Virus record (IMG/VR): IMGVR_UViG_3300039210_000244
Coordinates: 20,462-84,461 of that record
Length of the DNA stretch: 64,000 nucleotides
Strand: one strand, 5' to 3'
Source of the DNA: a virus
This document shows positions 63,743-64,000 of this stretch, piece after piece (positions within the stretch are counted from its first letter, which is position 1; each line of letters opens with the position of its first letter). The position numbers were made by a program, and so were the translations under genes. The notes below the pieces were generated by a model. It ran no database searches. It saw only the letters and a list, made by a program, of their open reading frames with translations, and was not told where the DNA came from.

Positions 63743-64000
63743 ATGGATACCAAACGAACACCTTTCTGCATAATCGAGGATCATGTTGGCGTCGCCGAAG
63801 CGATCAGCTTTGCGATCGAAGCGACTCATCACATGCGGACCGCAGGCAGCTTCAACTCGCTGAAAGCCGCCAGAGCCGGTCTCGTCAGATGCAATCCGCG
63901 CGTAGTCGTCGTGGACTGGAGGATCACCGATGGCACTGGCCCTACAATCGTTGCTGAGGTTAAAGCTGCACTCCCTGAGTGCCGATGGCTTCTCTACACC
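63743..64000 (+). CDS. Response regulator receiver domain (NarL/LuxR-like, truncated by window end)
   Basis: Manual translation MDTKRTPFCIIEDHVGVAEAI...NPRVVVVDWRITDGTG...RWLLYT with acidic pocket, phospho-Asp and Thr. Confidence 0.8.
   Translation, partial: MDTKRTPFCIIEDHVGVAEAISFAIEATHHMRTAGSFNSLKAARAGLVRCNPRVVVVDWRITDGTGPTIVAEVKAALPECRWLLYT

Larger units (their letters stand above)
1..64000 (-). mobile_element. Temperate siphovirus-like phage genome (partial; probably the non-integrated form)
   Basis: Terminase, portal, protease, capsid, tail, tape-measure, replication and integrase genes; phage-type leaders on both sides of the att-like site; no host housekeeping operon. Confidence 0.95.

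Noticed and set aside
1-64000. Stop-codon reassignment
   Set aside because: Large conserved genes are intact under the standard code and TAG ends several genes normally

Overview
The whole 64-kb window is a temperate, long-tailed (siphovirus-like) phage genome. Its host is probably Verrucomicrobiota (Opitutales-like), inferred from two VPDSG-CTERM-type morons. Nearly all genes are on the - strand. Reading right to left: a response-regulator fragment and xis-like gene; a tyrosine integrase next to an apparently intact attP (3' fragment of an Ala-identity tRNA/tmRNA); replication genes (initiator-like protein, Twinkle/T7-gp4-type primase-helicase, two beta-clamp paralogues, SNF2 helicase, nucleases, tandem-KH protein, ParB); a DUF488 / MTase-GNAT-like / ParB-N cassette abutting the terminase genes; TerL with a 190-aa intein; portal and gpF-like head genes; accessory blocks; signal-peptide-bearing fibre-like proteins; protease, capsid and connectors; a GTA-like tail tip; membrane/lysis candidates; and a DUF5131 gene running off the left edge. 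The most striking unexplained signal is a strand-specific array of GAA triplets spaced by 2-3 nt (e.g. AACCC-GAA-CCC-GAA-CT-GAA-ATG) directly upstream of about 30 start codons, where a Shine-Dalgarno would be, in a phage that also encodes a tandem-KH RNA-binding protein. Other highlights: an HNH-type ORF overprinted in another frame inside the intein with its own promoter-like site, a roughly 500-nt structured intergenic region, two recurring promoter-like classes, and a lambda-type slippery heptamer that could fuse a split tail-tip gene. Product calls come from motifs recognised by eye; no database searches were run.
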